Shown here: one piece after another, positions 55,543-64,000 of the stretch
Position numbering within the stretch: position 1 is the first letter of the stretch
How the letters are laid out: each line of letters starts with the position of its first letter
DNA from: Spirochaetia bacterium
GTDB taxonomy: Bacteria > Spirochaetota > Spirochaetia > UBA9216
Length of the DNA stretch: 64,000 bases
NCBI GenBank assembly: GCA_963677925.2
Contig: CAXXYH010000004.1
Coordinates: 32,001 to 96,000 of the forward strand
Direction: 5' to 3'
The notes under the pieces: generated by a model
What the model saw: only the letters and a program-made list of their open reading frames with translations
Database searches by the model: none
Told to the model about the DNA's origin: nothing
Made by a program: the position numbers and the translations under genes

Positions 55543-56075
55543 GACTTTTCTTTGCGGTAAATCCGGGTCCTGTGATTAACAGGCAGCTCACTGAACTGCA
55601 GAACAGTCTGCGGGAGCACCATGCACAGGGGAAATACACAGATATAGTAAACCTTCATATAACCCTCCATTTCATAGGAGAAGCGAATCCTGAACAGATT
55701 CCGGAGTTTAAAGCCGTACTTGAGAAAGCAGCCCTTTTATTCCCGGCCTTTACAATCCGCCTGAGCTCCTTCGGCTCTTTCAGGCAGGGAAAAGAGGATC
55801 TCATCTATGCAAAAGTTAAAAGCAGTCGCGATTCACTTACATCCATATCTGATTTTATTAGAAAAAACTGTGCAGTCGGTGATTTTAAACCGATGAAGCC
55901 GCACATCACACTTATACGAAGATGCCGGATCAGCTACAGCACTCTTAAAATTTTAAAGAAAACAAGATTTGATCTGCCCTCCGAAAACATAACTTCGCTT
56001 TATCTCATGGAAAGCCGGAAAGTTGATGGTAAACTGAAATATATTCCTGTCGCTGAGGTACCGCTTAAAGCCTGA
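55539..56075 (+). CDS. thpR: RNA 2',3'-cyclic phosphodiesterase (2H phosphoesterase)
   Basis: MRLFFA, two HxT motifs (LHITLHF, PHITL). Confidence 0.88.
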   Translation: MRLFFAVNPGPVINRQLTELQNSLREHHAQGKYTDIVNLHITLHFIGEANPEQIPEFKAVLEKAALLFPAFTIRLSSFGSFRQGKEDLIYAKVKSSRDSLTSISDFIRKNCAVGDFKPMKPHITLIRRCRISYSTLKILKKTRFDLPSENITSLYLMESRKVDGKLKYIPVAEVPLKA

Positions 56076-56077
56076 GG

Positions 56078-56641
56078 CTATAAGGTAGCCGGCGTATCTA
56101 TCCAGAGAGCCTTGGTAAGTTCACAGGATTTATTCCTGAAACTGTGAGGAACTGTTGAATTGAAGTACAGGCTGTCGCCTTTTTCCAGATTATATATCTC
56201 ACCGCCGAGTTCAATCTCAAGGCAGCCTTCGATAATATACACAAACTCCTGACCGAAATGCTGATACTGTTTTTTACCTGAGCTTGCTCCGGCTTCAAGT
56301 TCATACAGGATCGGCTGAATCTGCTTATAGGTTTCTGATTTAGTGAGCATATTCATCACTATGCCGTCGGCATAAATTACTGTTTTCTGCTCATCTTCCT
56401 TAACCATCGGTCCGGGTTCAGGGCTGTGATCATCAAGAAGGGTATTTATACTTGTATCCAGATATTCAGCTATACTTATCAAGGTGGAAAGAGAAGGCTG
56501 GGTCTTTCCGTTTTCAACCTGGGAGATGAAACTTTTTGATACTCCGGTATTGGCCGCAATATCCTGAAGCGAAATCCCGCGTTTTTTCCTTAATTTGCGG
56601 ATATTAGCGCCTAAGATCCGCTCCGGTTGTTCTTTTCCCAT
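56078..56641 (-). CDS. XRE-family HTH + cupin transcriptional regulator
   Basis: SKSFISQVENG...PSL; H.G.EF.Y...G; GDSLYF.S..PH. Confidence 0.92.
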   Translation of the reverse strand: MGKEQPERILGANIRKLRKKRGISLQDIAANTGVSKSFISQVENGKTQPSLSTLISIAEYLDTSINTLLDDHSPEPGPMVKEDEQKTVIYADGIVMNMLTKSETYKQIQPILYELEAGASSGKKQYQHFGQEFVYIIEGCLEIELGGEIYNLEKGDSLYFNSTVPHSFRNKSCELTKALWIDTPATL

Positions 56642-56755
56642 TACTTTACCTGCTGCTATACTGATATTTCTTTATTGATTATAACTCCTATGGGATTTTT
56701 AGTCATGAGAAAACTTTGATTTCGTTGAAAGTCTGAACAATTAATATATACTTAA

Positions 56756-57982
56756 ATGATGAAAATATTCAGCGAACAATTTAAAACCGGACTGCATTTC
56801 AAGGATATTAAAACTGAAACAGAATTCAGGCGTTCGCTCAATAGCCCGGAACAGTTCCGGATGATAATAATAATTGGAGCAGCTTTGTTCACAGCATATC
56901 TGCCGCTCGATTTTCTGCTTTTCGGAGAACTATTCAAATCATTTCTGATTATCCGTCTTGGAATATTCCTTCCTTACTGTCTGGCAGCTTATTTACTGAC
57001 CTATGCAGTGTATTTTAAGAATCATCCTCTTTTACTGATTATATTACTGGCTCTGATTTCATCCGGAGCCGTCATTGCAATGGAATACCTCGCACGGGAA
57101 AGCGAGTATGCAGGACTTTACTTTTACGGGATAACTCAAATCCTTATTTTCTTTTTCGGAACAGGAAAAATTCCCATCAAACCGGCGGCAATAACAGGTT
57201 TGATTGTTGTTATTTCAGCAATAATTGTGGACAGCGTTTTTGTTGTTGACGATCCGATCCGAAGTCTGGTTAAAATAATCTATCTGGTCACAATGCTGTT
57301 AATCGGCATCCTGGCAACAGCCATAATTCAGGAAGCAAATAGAAAAACCTTTCTGAGTCATAAAAAGGTAGAGGAATTATCATTGACCGATCATCTTACA
57401 GGTCTTAAAAACAGGCTTTTCTTTGACAGTATAATCAAGCCGGAGATTATAGATTTTATTAAATTCACAGGTACTGCAGGTTCAGAGCCTGTCCAGCGAA
57501 CTGCAGACAGCTGTGCAAACGACTGTTATGCTCTTTTACTTCTGGATCTCGACCACTTTAAGAAAGTTAACGATACATATGGTCATGACATCGGAGATAT
57601 AGTACTGCAGGAGTTCAGTACGAAGTTAAAGGCTATTATAAGGTCCAACGATATCCTGATACGCTGGGGAGGAGAGGAGTTTTTGCTGCTTCTGCGGCAT
57701 ACCCGGGAAGAATTTATCAAAGACTTCGTTAAGCGTTTAAGGGAAAAAATCTCGGATATTCCATTTGAAGCCGGCGGTAAAAACATTAAGGTAACCATTT
57801 CAGGCGGAGTATTCACGGTACAGCCGCATACTTCAGCAGAATTCTCCGAGATTGAGAATATTATCAGTCTGGCAGACACTGCTCTTTACTACTCCAAGGA
57901 AAACGGAAGAAATATGTTCACTTCAGTAAAATGCAGCAACCTTGCTGTCGGGGAAGCGGAAGAACTCAAAAGAATAGGATAG
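56756..57982 (+). CDS. Membrane diguanylate cyclase
   Basis: Several TMs; DHLTGLKNR, DLDHFKKVND.YGH, RWGGEEF. Confidence 0.92.
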   Translation: MMKIFSEQFKTGLHFKDIKTETEFRRSLNSPEQFRMIIIIGAALFTAYLPLDFLLFGELFKSFLIIRLGIFLPYCLAAYLLTYAVYFKNHPLLLIILLALISSGAVIAMEYLARESEYAGLYFYGITQILIFFFGTGKIPIKPAAITGLIVVISAIIVDSVFVVDDPIRSLVKIIYLVTMLLIGILATAIIQEANRKTFLSHKKVEELSLTDHLTGLKNRLFFDSIIKPEIIDFIKFTGTAGSEPVQRTADSCANDCYALLLLDLDHFKKVNDTYGHDIGDIVLQEFSTKLKAIIRSNDILIRWGGEEFLLLLRHTREEFIKDFVKRLREKISDIPFEAGGKNIKVTISGGVFTVQPHTSAEFSEIENIISLADTALYYSKENGRNMFTSVKCSNLAVGEAEELKRIG

Positions 57983-58037
57983 AAGCCCCGATTCCCTCCT
58001 TTACCCGTAATTCCAATTCGGGTATTATCGGTAAATA

Positions 58038-58742
58038 ATGAAGTCGTTAAAAACTTTTCCTCATGCACTGAAAGCCTCGGCACCTGTATTCTTCGGATAC
58101 ATTTCAATCGGCTTTGCATACGGCTTTCTCCTTGTAAAATCGGGCCTGCAGTGGTACTGGGCACCAATCATGAGCCTTACTATCTTCGCCGGCGCAGCCC
58201 AGTTCATGGCCATCAGCCTGATAACAAGCGGGGCGGGTCTTTTTGAGATGGGACTTGCAATCTTTCTTCTGAATGCTAGACACATGGTCTACGGTTTCTC
58301 ACTTTTAGAACGGTTTGCACCTTTTAAAAGATTTAAAAAGTATCTGATTTTCGGTCTAACCGACGAAACGTACGCACTGTTCACAACAATAACCCCGCCT
58401 GAAGATACCGATCCTGAGAGGTTTGATTTCTATATCACAGCGCTCAATCAGGGTTACTGGACGCTGGGAGGACTGCTGGGAGCGGCATTCGGATCAGTAA
58501 TCAGCTGGAATGCTCCGGGACTTGATTTTGCACTTACTGCACTTTTCATCGTACTGATGATAGAACAGATAAAGACGCTGAGGCGGCCGGGGCCATTTAT
58601 CCTTGCAGGGGCGGCAGTGATTCTGCTGATAGTTCTGGGATTCAGGGACCAGGCACTTCTTTTCGGAATTATCACAAGCTCAATCGGATGCTTTTTTATG
58701 AAAAAAAAGCCGGTAAAAAGCAGAGAGGCCGCAGATGTATAG
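58038..58742 (+). CDS. azlC: Branched-chain amino acid exporter large subunit
   Basis: FAGAAQF, NARH..YG, LTDETYA. Confidence 0.92.
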   Translation: MKSLKTFPHALKASAPVFFGYISIGFAYGFLLVKSGLQWYWAPIMSLTIFAGAAQFMAISLITSGAGLFEMGLAIFLLNARHMVYGFSLLERFAPFKRFKKYLIFGLTDETYALFTTITPPEDTDPERFDFYITALNQGYWTLGGLLGAAFGSVISWNAPGLDFALTALFIVLMIEQIKTLRRPGPFILAGAAVILLIVLGFRDQALLFGIITSSIGCFFMKKKPVKSREAADV

Positions 58743-59049
58743 AATAATTATTGCAATTGCAGTTATGACTGCGGCAACCCAGTTTACAAGAGCCTTTCCC
58801 TTCCTTCTCTTCTCAAAGCGGAAGCCGCCGCAGTGGCTGCTTTCCGGGGCAAGGTTGATTCCGGGAGCTGTAATGACGGTTCTTGTACTGACAAGTCTGC
58901 CGCTAAATGGCGGACTGTTATCCGACGGCAGCTGGATGCCCTGGGTCGGTGCAGCCGCTGTCACTGTTCTGCATCTTCTTTTCAGACATCCGCTGGTAAG
59001 TATATTTGGAGGAACAGCAGTCTATATGCTGCTGCTGAATTTCTTATAA
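58735..59049 (+). CDS. azlD: Branched-chain amino acid exporter small subunit
   Basis: TRAFPF, SIFGGT..YM; overlaps the azlC stop. Confidence 0.88.
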   Translation: MYRIIIAIAVMTAATQFTRAFPFLLFSKRKPPQWLLSGARLIPGAVMTVLVLTSLPLNGGLLSDGSWMPWVGAAAVTVLHLLFRHPLVSIFGGTAVYMLLLNFL

Positions 59050-59094
59050 ATAAAGAGAAATAGTCAGACCGGCAGACCCGGTTTTATTCCGGAC

Positions 59095-59580
59095 TCAGGC
59101 GCCGCAGCATTTCTTGTATTTCTTTCCGCTGCCGCAGGGACAGGGATCGTTTCTGCCTACCTTGGGAGAATCGCGTACGACCGTTGCAGAGGGTGTATAT
59201 CCGTCATTGAAAAACCATTTCCCGTCAACCCTGTTAAAAGTACTCACTTCATGATGATCGTAGTCAGTGCCGTCCTGCCTGAATTTAGCGATAAACTCAA
59301 CAATACCCGTCTCATCACCGGACTGCCCCTGCTCTGTTCTTAAAATTTCAAGTCCAAGCCATTCGGACTCACGAGCCCATTTTTCAGTTTCTTTGATATC
59401 AAGCCTGTTCCGGCGTTCCTGACTGTGTGTAGCCTCTATAAAATCAATTTCCTGCTTAACATAGGCAGTATATCTTGCCCTCATCAGTGCTTCCGCCGTA
59501 GGGGCTGAAGACTTTCCTTTTATATACGGTTCACAGCAGGCTGTGTAATTTTTTCCGCTTCCGCAGGGACATCCGCTCAT
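59095..59580 (-). CDS. ychJ: YchJ family protein with N- and C-terminal SEC-C motifs
   Basis: [41 protein letters not shown]. Confidence 0.9.
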   Translation of the reverse strand: MSGCPCGSGKNYTACCEPYIKGKSSAPTAEALMRARYTAYVKQEIDFIEATHSQERRNRLDIKETEKWARESEWLGLEILRTEQGQSGDETGIVEFIAKFRQDGTDYDHHEVSTFNRVDGKWFFNDGYTPSATVVRDSPKVGRNDPCPCGSGKKYKKCCGA

Positions 59581-59603
59581 ATAATCTCCTGAAAAAATAT
59601 ATA

Positions 59604-59960
59604 CTAAAAATTAAAAATACCTGTCATGCCATTTATAGCATGAAGAACGGCAATGATCAAAATTATTATACCGAGTAATCGATGTGATTTAAATTTAATT
59701 ATTTTTTTTCTCCATAAAATCGTATTCAATAAAATAATTATAAAAAGCAAAGTACCTGTTAAAAGATTAAATCTTGAATAGGGAAAATATTTAATCCAGG
59801 TAAAAACACCATGTGCGCCCGCACCGAAAAGCACAAGATATCCAAGGATTTTATGAAAGATCATTTTAACTTTTATTATCCTCATGCCAAGCAATACAGA
59901 TAATACAATCGCTACAAACAAACATATTCCCGCAATCGGAACCAATAATGTGTATAACAT
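59604..59960 (-). CDS. Small 4-TM membrane protein with two H-X13-H motifs (possible cytochrome b)
   Basis: [15 protein letters not shown] and [15 protein letters not shown]; AT-rich gene. Confidence 0.6.
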   Translation of the reverse strand: MLYTLLVPIAGICLFVAIVLSVLLGMRIIKVKMIFHKILGYLVLFGAGAHGVFTWIKYFPYSRFNLLTGTLLFIIILLNTILWRKKIIKFKSHRLLGIIILIIAVLHAINGMTGIFNF

Positions 59961-60012
59961 GGTCTGATTATAGCTTATTTACCGCTGATAATCAAAATAT
60001 CGTTGAAATTTG

Positions 60013-60068
60013 TTGACAGACATGTTTGAAAGAACTATAGTTTTATTGTACTAATGTTTTAATACAAT
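60013..60068 (+). promoter_or_regulatory. sigma70 promoter plus YtrA-type operator
   Basis: TTGACA, 17 nt spacer, TATAGT; then ATTGTACTAA-tgtt-TTAATACAAT inverted repeat (60045-60068). Confidence 0.75.
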
Positions 60069-60090
60069 TTTTTACTAACGGGGAAAAAAG

Positions 60091-60513
60091 GTGGCAGATA
60101 GCGGTTTTAATAAATTAAAATTCAGCCTTGATCCTAAAAGCGGTGTTCCGTTCTACAAACAGGTAATCCTGCAGATCGAGATGGCGATAGCCGACGGCCG
60201 GCTGATTACCGGAGAGCAGCTTCCGACAGTGCGAAGCCTTGCGGTAGAGCTCCGAATCAATCCCAATACGGTTGCAAGGGCATACAATGAACTTGAAATC
60301 AGGGGCATAGTTACGACCCAGCAGGGAACCGGAACATTTATAAGCGGAAAAAAGGTTGAGCTTGATGAAATCAGAAGAGAAAAAGTCCTTTCATCAATAG
60401 TCAAATCATTCGTATCCAAAGCCGGATCGTACGGCTTCACACTAAATGAAATAATTGAATACCTACAGCTTCATGAAGCTGGAAACAAGGAGAAGGAGGG
60501 TGAGCATGTTTGA
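60091..60513 (+). CDS. GntR family regulator (YtrA subfamily)
   Basis: P.YKQ, LPTVRSLA..L.INPNTVARAY.ELE, G.GTF; short C-terminus. Confidence 0.93.
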   Translation: MADSGFNKLKFSLDPKSGVPFYKQVILQIEMAIADGRLITGEQLPTVRSLAVELRINPNTVARAYNELEIRGIVTTQQGTGTFISGKKVELDEIRREKVLSSIVKSFVSKAGSYGFTLNEIIEYLQLHEAGNKEKEGEHV

Positions 60514-61573
60514 ACCCAAATTTGATCGAATTAAAAACTTCAGCAAAACCGTAATATCAAGAGACTTCAGTTACAGCGCTGTATCTTTCCTGGTGCTGGG
60601 CATAATAATCACTGCAGGCCTGTTTATACAGCTGAAAGTGGTTCCGGATGCAATGATGCAGGATATTGTATTTATTGCATCCGCGGCACTTTTAAGCGGT
60701 GTAGTGATTGCCGTTATTCCGCTGTGGATAATGGTAATAGTTGTGATCTGCGCAGACTGGATCGGCCTGATCGCATTCTACGACATAAGCTTCTACCCCA
60801 TCGCGGCGGCAGCCTCGGTAGGCCTGCTTCTGTCCGCGTCTGTAGAACTTGTATATCAGTGGGATAAGGTTGTCATCCTGCGTATGGGAAGATTCAGAAA
60901 GGTTCACGGACCCGGACTGTTTCTGCTGATGCCGCTGCTGGACCGGACCGCAGCCTTTGTTGATACCAGAATCAGAGCCACCGACTTCAGCGCAGAAAAA
61001 ACGCTTACAAGAGACACCGTTCCTGTCCACGTTGATGCACTGGCTTTCTGGATGATCTGGGACGCAAAGCAGGCCATCCTGGAGGTGGAAAACTATCTTG
61101 AAGCCGTAATTCTGTCCGCCCAGACAGCACTTCGTGATTCAATAGGTAAATATGATCTTGCAACACTGCTCTCTGAAAGGGATGAGCTTGGAAAGGAAAT
61201 ACAGAAAATCCTGGACACTAAGACCAATCCCTGGGGAGTGACAATCCTTTCAATTGAAATTACCGACATTATCATACCCAAGGAGCTTGAGGATTCACTC
61301 AGCAAGCAGGCTCAGGCGGAAAGAGAACGTAAATCAAGGGTAATCCTTGCCGAGGCTGAAGTTGAAGTAGCCGAACGATACGAGAAGGCCGCTGAAAAAT
61401 ACAGAGAAAATCCGGAAGCTCTGCAGCTTCGGGCTATGAATATCGTTTATGAGGGATTAAGGAAAAACAGCTCAATGATGCTGATGCCTTCATCGGTTCT
61501 TGACAGCATGAACCTCGGAACCGTCATGGGCACTGCTGCGCTTAGCAAGGAGAAATTAAATGATAAAGATTGA
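60506..61573 (+). CDS. SPFH/stomatin (slipin) family protein with extra N-terminal TM helices
   Basis: GPGLF...P, LTRD.V...VDA, AQTALR, WGV, QAQAERE, ALQLR. Confidence 0.9.
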   Translation: MFEPKFDRIKNFSKTVISRDFSYSAVSFLVLGIIITAGLFIQLKVVPDAMMQDIVFIASAALLSGVVIAVIPLWIMVIVVICADWIGLIAFYDISFYPIAAAASVGLLLSASVELVYQWDKVVILRMGRFRKVHGPGLFLLMPLLDRTAAFVDTRIRATDFSAEKTLTRDTVPVHVDALAFWMIWDAKQAILEVENYLEAVILSAQTALRDSIGKYDLATLLSERDELGKEIQKILDTKTNPWGVTILSIEITDIIIPKELEDSLSKQAQAERERKSRVILAEAEVEVAERYEKAAEKYRENPEALQLRAMNIVYEGLRKNSSMMLMPSSVLDSMNLGTVMGTAALSKEKLNDKD

Positions 61574-62237
61574 TTCAGTAGTAAGAACCTACAAAGCCGG
61601 AGAAACAGAAGTTCAGGCACTTAAGGGCGTTTCACTGAACATCGACTCAGGTGAATTTATATCAATAGCCGGCCCGTCAGGCTCGGGAAAGACTACCCTT
61701 CTCAATCTGATCGGCTGCATAGACGCTCTCGATTCAGGTGAAATTTCAATTAAGGGAGTTCCGGTTTCCAGGATGAGCAAGAAGGAGAAGACTGAATTCA
61801 GGCGTAAAAACCTCGGTTTCATCTTTCAGACCTACAACCTGATACCAGTCCTGACCGCCTACGAGAATGTGGCCTTTGCCCTCTCCCTGCTGGATTTAAA
61901 GGAAGAAGAAGTAAGAGCTCGAAGCATGGGAATTCTCCAAGAAGTAGGACTGAAAGGAATGGAAAACCGCAGACCCGACCGGCTTTCGGGAGGACAGCAG
62001 CAGAGGGTCGCTATCGCCAGAGCGCTTGTAAAGCAGCCTGAAATCATTCTTGCCGATGAGCCAACAGCAAATCTGGACTCTGAAACAGGTGAGGATATTC
62101 TTAAGCTGATGCAGGAAATGAATCAGAAATACAATACTACCTTTATTTTTTCCACCCATGACAGGATGGTTATGGATTATGCAAAAAGACTGGTGCTGCT
62201 TCACGACGGAAAGATTCAGAATGACGAAAGGAGGTAA
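61560..62237 (+). CDS. ABC transporter ATP-binding protein (LolD/MacB-like)
   Basis: GPSGSGKT, LSGGQQQRVAIARA, ADEPTANLD. Confidence 0.93.
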   Translation: MIKIDSVVRTYKAGETEVQALKGVSLNIDSGEFISIAGPSGSGKTTLLNLIGCIDALDSGEISIKGVPVSRMSKKEKTEFRRKNLGFIFQTYNLIPVLTAYENVAFALSLLDLKEEEVRARSMGILQEVGLKGMENRRPDRLSGGQQQRVAIARALVKQPEIILADEPTANLDSETGEDILKLMQEMNQKYNTTFIFSTHDRMVMDYAKRLVLLHDGKIQNDERR

Positions 62238-62240
62238 AAA

Positions 62241-63488
62241 ATGCGTTTTATAGTAACACTCGCATTTAAAAACCTTACACGATATAAGAGAAGAACCCTC
62301 ATCACTGCGGCAGCCATAGCATTCGGAATAATGATGTTCATAATGATAGATTCAATGCTCAAGGGCGCCGAGTATGAATCGGTGAGGAACCTTAAATGGT
62401 ATGAAACCTCCTCAGTACGAATCTATGACGAAGAATACTGGGAAGACAGGTTTCAGCTTCCTCTTGATATAAGTATAGAAGACCCTGATGAAATACTTCA
62501 GAAGCTTGATGAAGCCGGCTATACTGCATCACCAAGGACTGTATTCTCAGGGGATCTGATATTAAACGCTCAGGATTTCGGAGAGGACGGCAATATGCCG
62601 GCAACAGTTACTGCAATAGATCCTGAACATGACTATGAGGTCTTCCATTACAGCGATACCCTTGTTGACGGCCGGTTCCTTGAGCCGGGAGAGGATGCAA
62701 TACTTATGGGTTCCTGGTTTGCCGAAGATATCAACGCAAAGGTGGGCAGCTGGGTTACCATCGTAACAAGGGGAAACGGCGGTTTTTATGAGGCAATGGA
62801 TCTTGAGATAGTCGGAATAGTGAACTGCCCGAACCCGAATGTTAACCGTACCCTCATCATGATGCCCATAACAACAGCCGACTACTACCTGGAAATGGAC
62901 GGGGCTGTGACCGAGATCAACATCAGACTCCCCGATAGTGCCGATACTGCGCAGGCAGCAAAGGATATTCAGCAGCTCATTGCCGGAAGCGGGAACACAG
63001 CCCTTAACTGGGAAGTGATGGCAGCCGATTTTCTTGCAATTGCCGAAGCAAAGCGAGGAGGGACAGGTATGATTCTGTTTCTGATTTTTATCATCGCTGC
63101 GGTTGGAATTTCGAATACCATGCTGATGGCTATCTTTGAGAGAATAAGGGAACTTGGAATGATGAGGGCTCTGGGTATGAGCGACAAGGCTATACGTATG
63201 ACCTTTATGACAGAGGCGGCAGGAATCGGCTTAATCGGCTCAGTAATCGGAATTATCCTTGGAATCCTGGTGAATATCTACGTTGTTGAAATTGGATTCG
63301 ATTTCGGATTCATGCTCAGAGACATGGACATCGGCTACCGGATTCAGAGTGTCATGAGGGGCGTCTGGAATCCGCTGACTATGGTGGGAGCCTTCTTTGC
63401 AGGCACAATCATTTCAACACTGGTTGCTTTTTTTCCCACCGGAAAGGCCCTGTCTATGGACATCCCCGCATGTCTGAGACACCAGTAA
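62241..63488 (+). CDS. ABC transporter permease (LolC/E, FtsX-like)
   Basis: A.KNL.R.KRRT, large periplasmic domain, NT..M..FER.RE.G...ALG. Confidence 0.9.
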   Translation: MRFIVTLAFKNLTRYKRRTLITAAAIAFGIMMFIMIDSMLKGAEYESVRNLKWYETSSVRIYDEEYWEDRFQLPLDISIEDPDEILQKLDEAGYTASPRTVFSGDLILNAQDFGEDGNMPATVTAIDPEHDYEVFHYSDTLVDGRFLEPGEDAILMGSWFAEDINAKVGSWVTIVTRGNGGFYEAMDLEIVGIVNCPNPNVNRTLIMMPITTADYYLEMDGAVTEINIRLPDSADTAQAAKDIQQLIAGSGNTALNWEVMAADFLAIAEAKRGGTGMILFLIFIIAAVGISNTMLMAIFERIRELGMMRALGMSDKAIRMTFMTEAAGIGLIGSVIGIILGILVNIYVVEIGFDFGFMLRDMDIGYRIQSVMRGVWNPLTMVGAFFAGTIISTLVAFFPTGKALSMDIPACLRHQ

Positions 63489-63500
63489 AAGGAGGACGGA

Positions 63501-64000
63501 ATGAATCAGAAACTTGCCGAAACGGCCTTCCGGAATATAAGCAGAAACAAACGGCGCTCGATACTGTCAGGAACAGCAATCGCAGTTGCCGCAATGAGCA
63601 TAGTTATATTATTCGCCTTCATAGGCGGAATGAGTGCAGATATGTCTGAAAACCTCAGATCCTTCTACACCGGCGACATAAGAATCAGACATAAGGACTT
63701 TGCTGAATTTGAACGCTACAACCCGATTCACCTTACAGTTAACGTCGATGAAGCAGAAGATATTCTTAATGCCGATCCGGATATTCAGGCATGGACTCCC
63801 CGGACTACCTTTCCGGCGGCATTCAACGGCTCAAACTTCGGCGCTGTCGGTGTAGGTGTAGATCTCGAACGTGAAAAAGATTACCTGGACCTTAACTCTA
63901 TTGTTCATGATGGCAGGCTTCCGGAGTACGGTAAAAATGAAATGATAATAGGGGCAGTTCTTGCCCGGGACATGAAGCTGAAAATCGGAGACAAGGTCAC
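63501..64000 (+). CDS. Second LolC/E-like ABC permease, 3'-truncated by window edge
   Basis: GGAGG RBS; MNQKLAETAFRNISRNKRRSILSGTAIAV..., open to the window end. Confidence 0.85.
   Translation, partial: MNQKLAETAFRNISRNKRRSILSGTAIAVAAMSIVILFAFIGGMSADMSENLRSFYTGDIRIRHKDFAEFERYNPIHLTVNVDEAEDILNADPDIQAWTPRTTFPAAFNGSNFGAVGVGVDLEREKDYLDLNSIVHDGRLPEYGKNEMIIGAVLARDMKLKIGDKV

Noticed and set aside
1-64000. CRISPR arrays, tRNA/rRNA genes, riboswitches, prophage or integrase
   Set aside because: Intergenic regions are short and I saw none by eye; a covariance-model search (Infernal/Rfam, tRNAscan) would be needed to exclude small RNAs.

Overview
Gene-dense bacterial chromosomal window (about mid-40s % GC by eye). 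The short parE/parC type and the many spirochaete-style lipoproteins suggest a free-living spirochaete (inference). I saw no rRNA, tRNA, CRISPR array, transposase or phage genes. Housekeeping content includes ilvBN, suhB, lrgAB, parEC, nfo, ppiC, gpx-ohrR-thpR and azlCD, plus several signalling proteins. Most notable: (1) an ECF sigma / membrane anti-sigma / exported caspase-family protease operon, in which the protease also carries glycine-rich repeats and a putative outer-membrane C-terminus, and protease and anti-sigma share an R-x-K-G motif; (2) a LacI-controlled rare-sugar locus (ketose 3-epimerase, tagatose kinase-like PfkB, GatZ-type 4-epimerase, ABC transporter, Gfo/Idh/MocA, TIM-barrel lyase) with two ~97% identical copies of an atypical Fe-S old-yellow-enzyme gene flanking the ABC cassette as direct repeats; (3) an unannotated 41-aa Val-rich leader peptide plus terminator forming an attenuator upstream of ilvB; (4) a MalT-like regulator followed by a perfect 20-bp palindrome and a redox gene run; (5) an exported thiol-redox module with a degenerate UshA-like protein; (6) a cluster of small lipoproteins. 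All calls come from motif recognition by eye, and no database searches were run.
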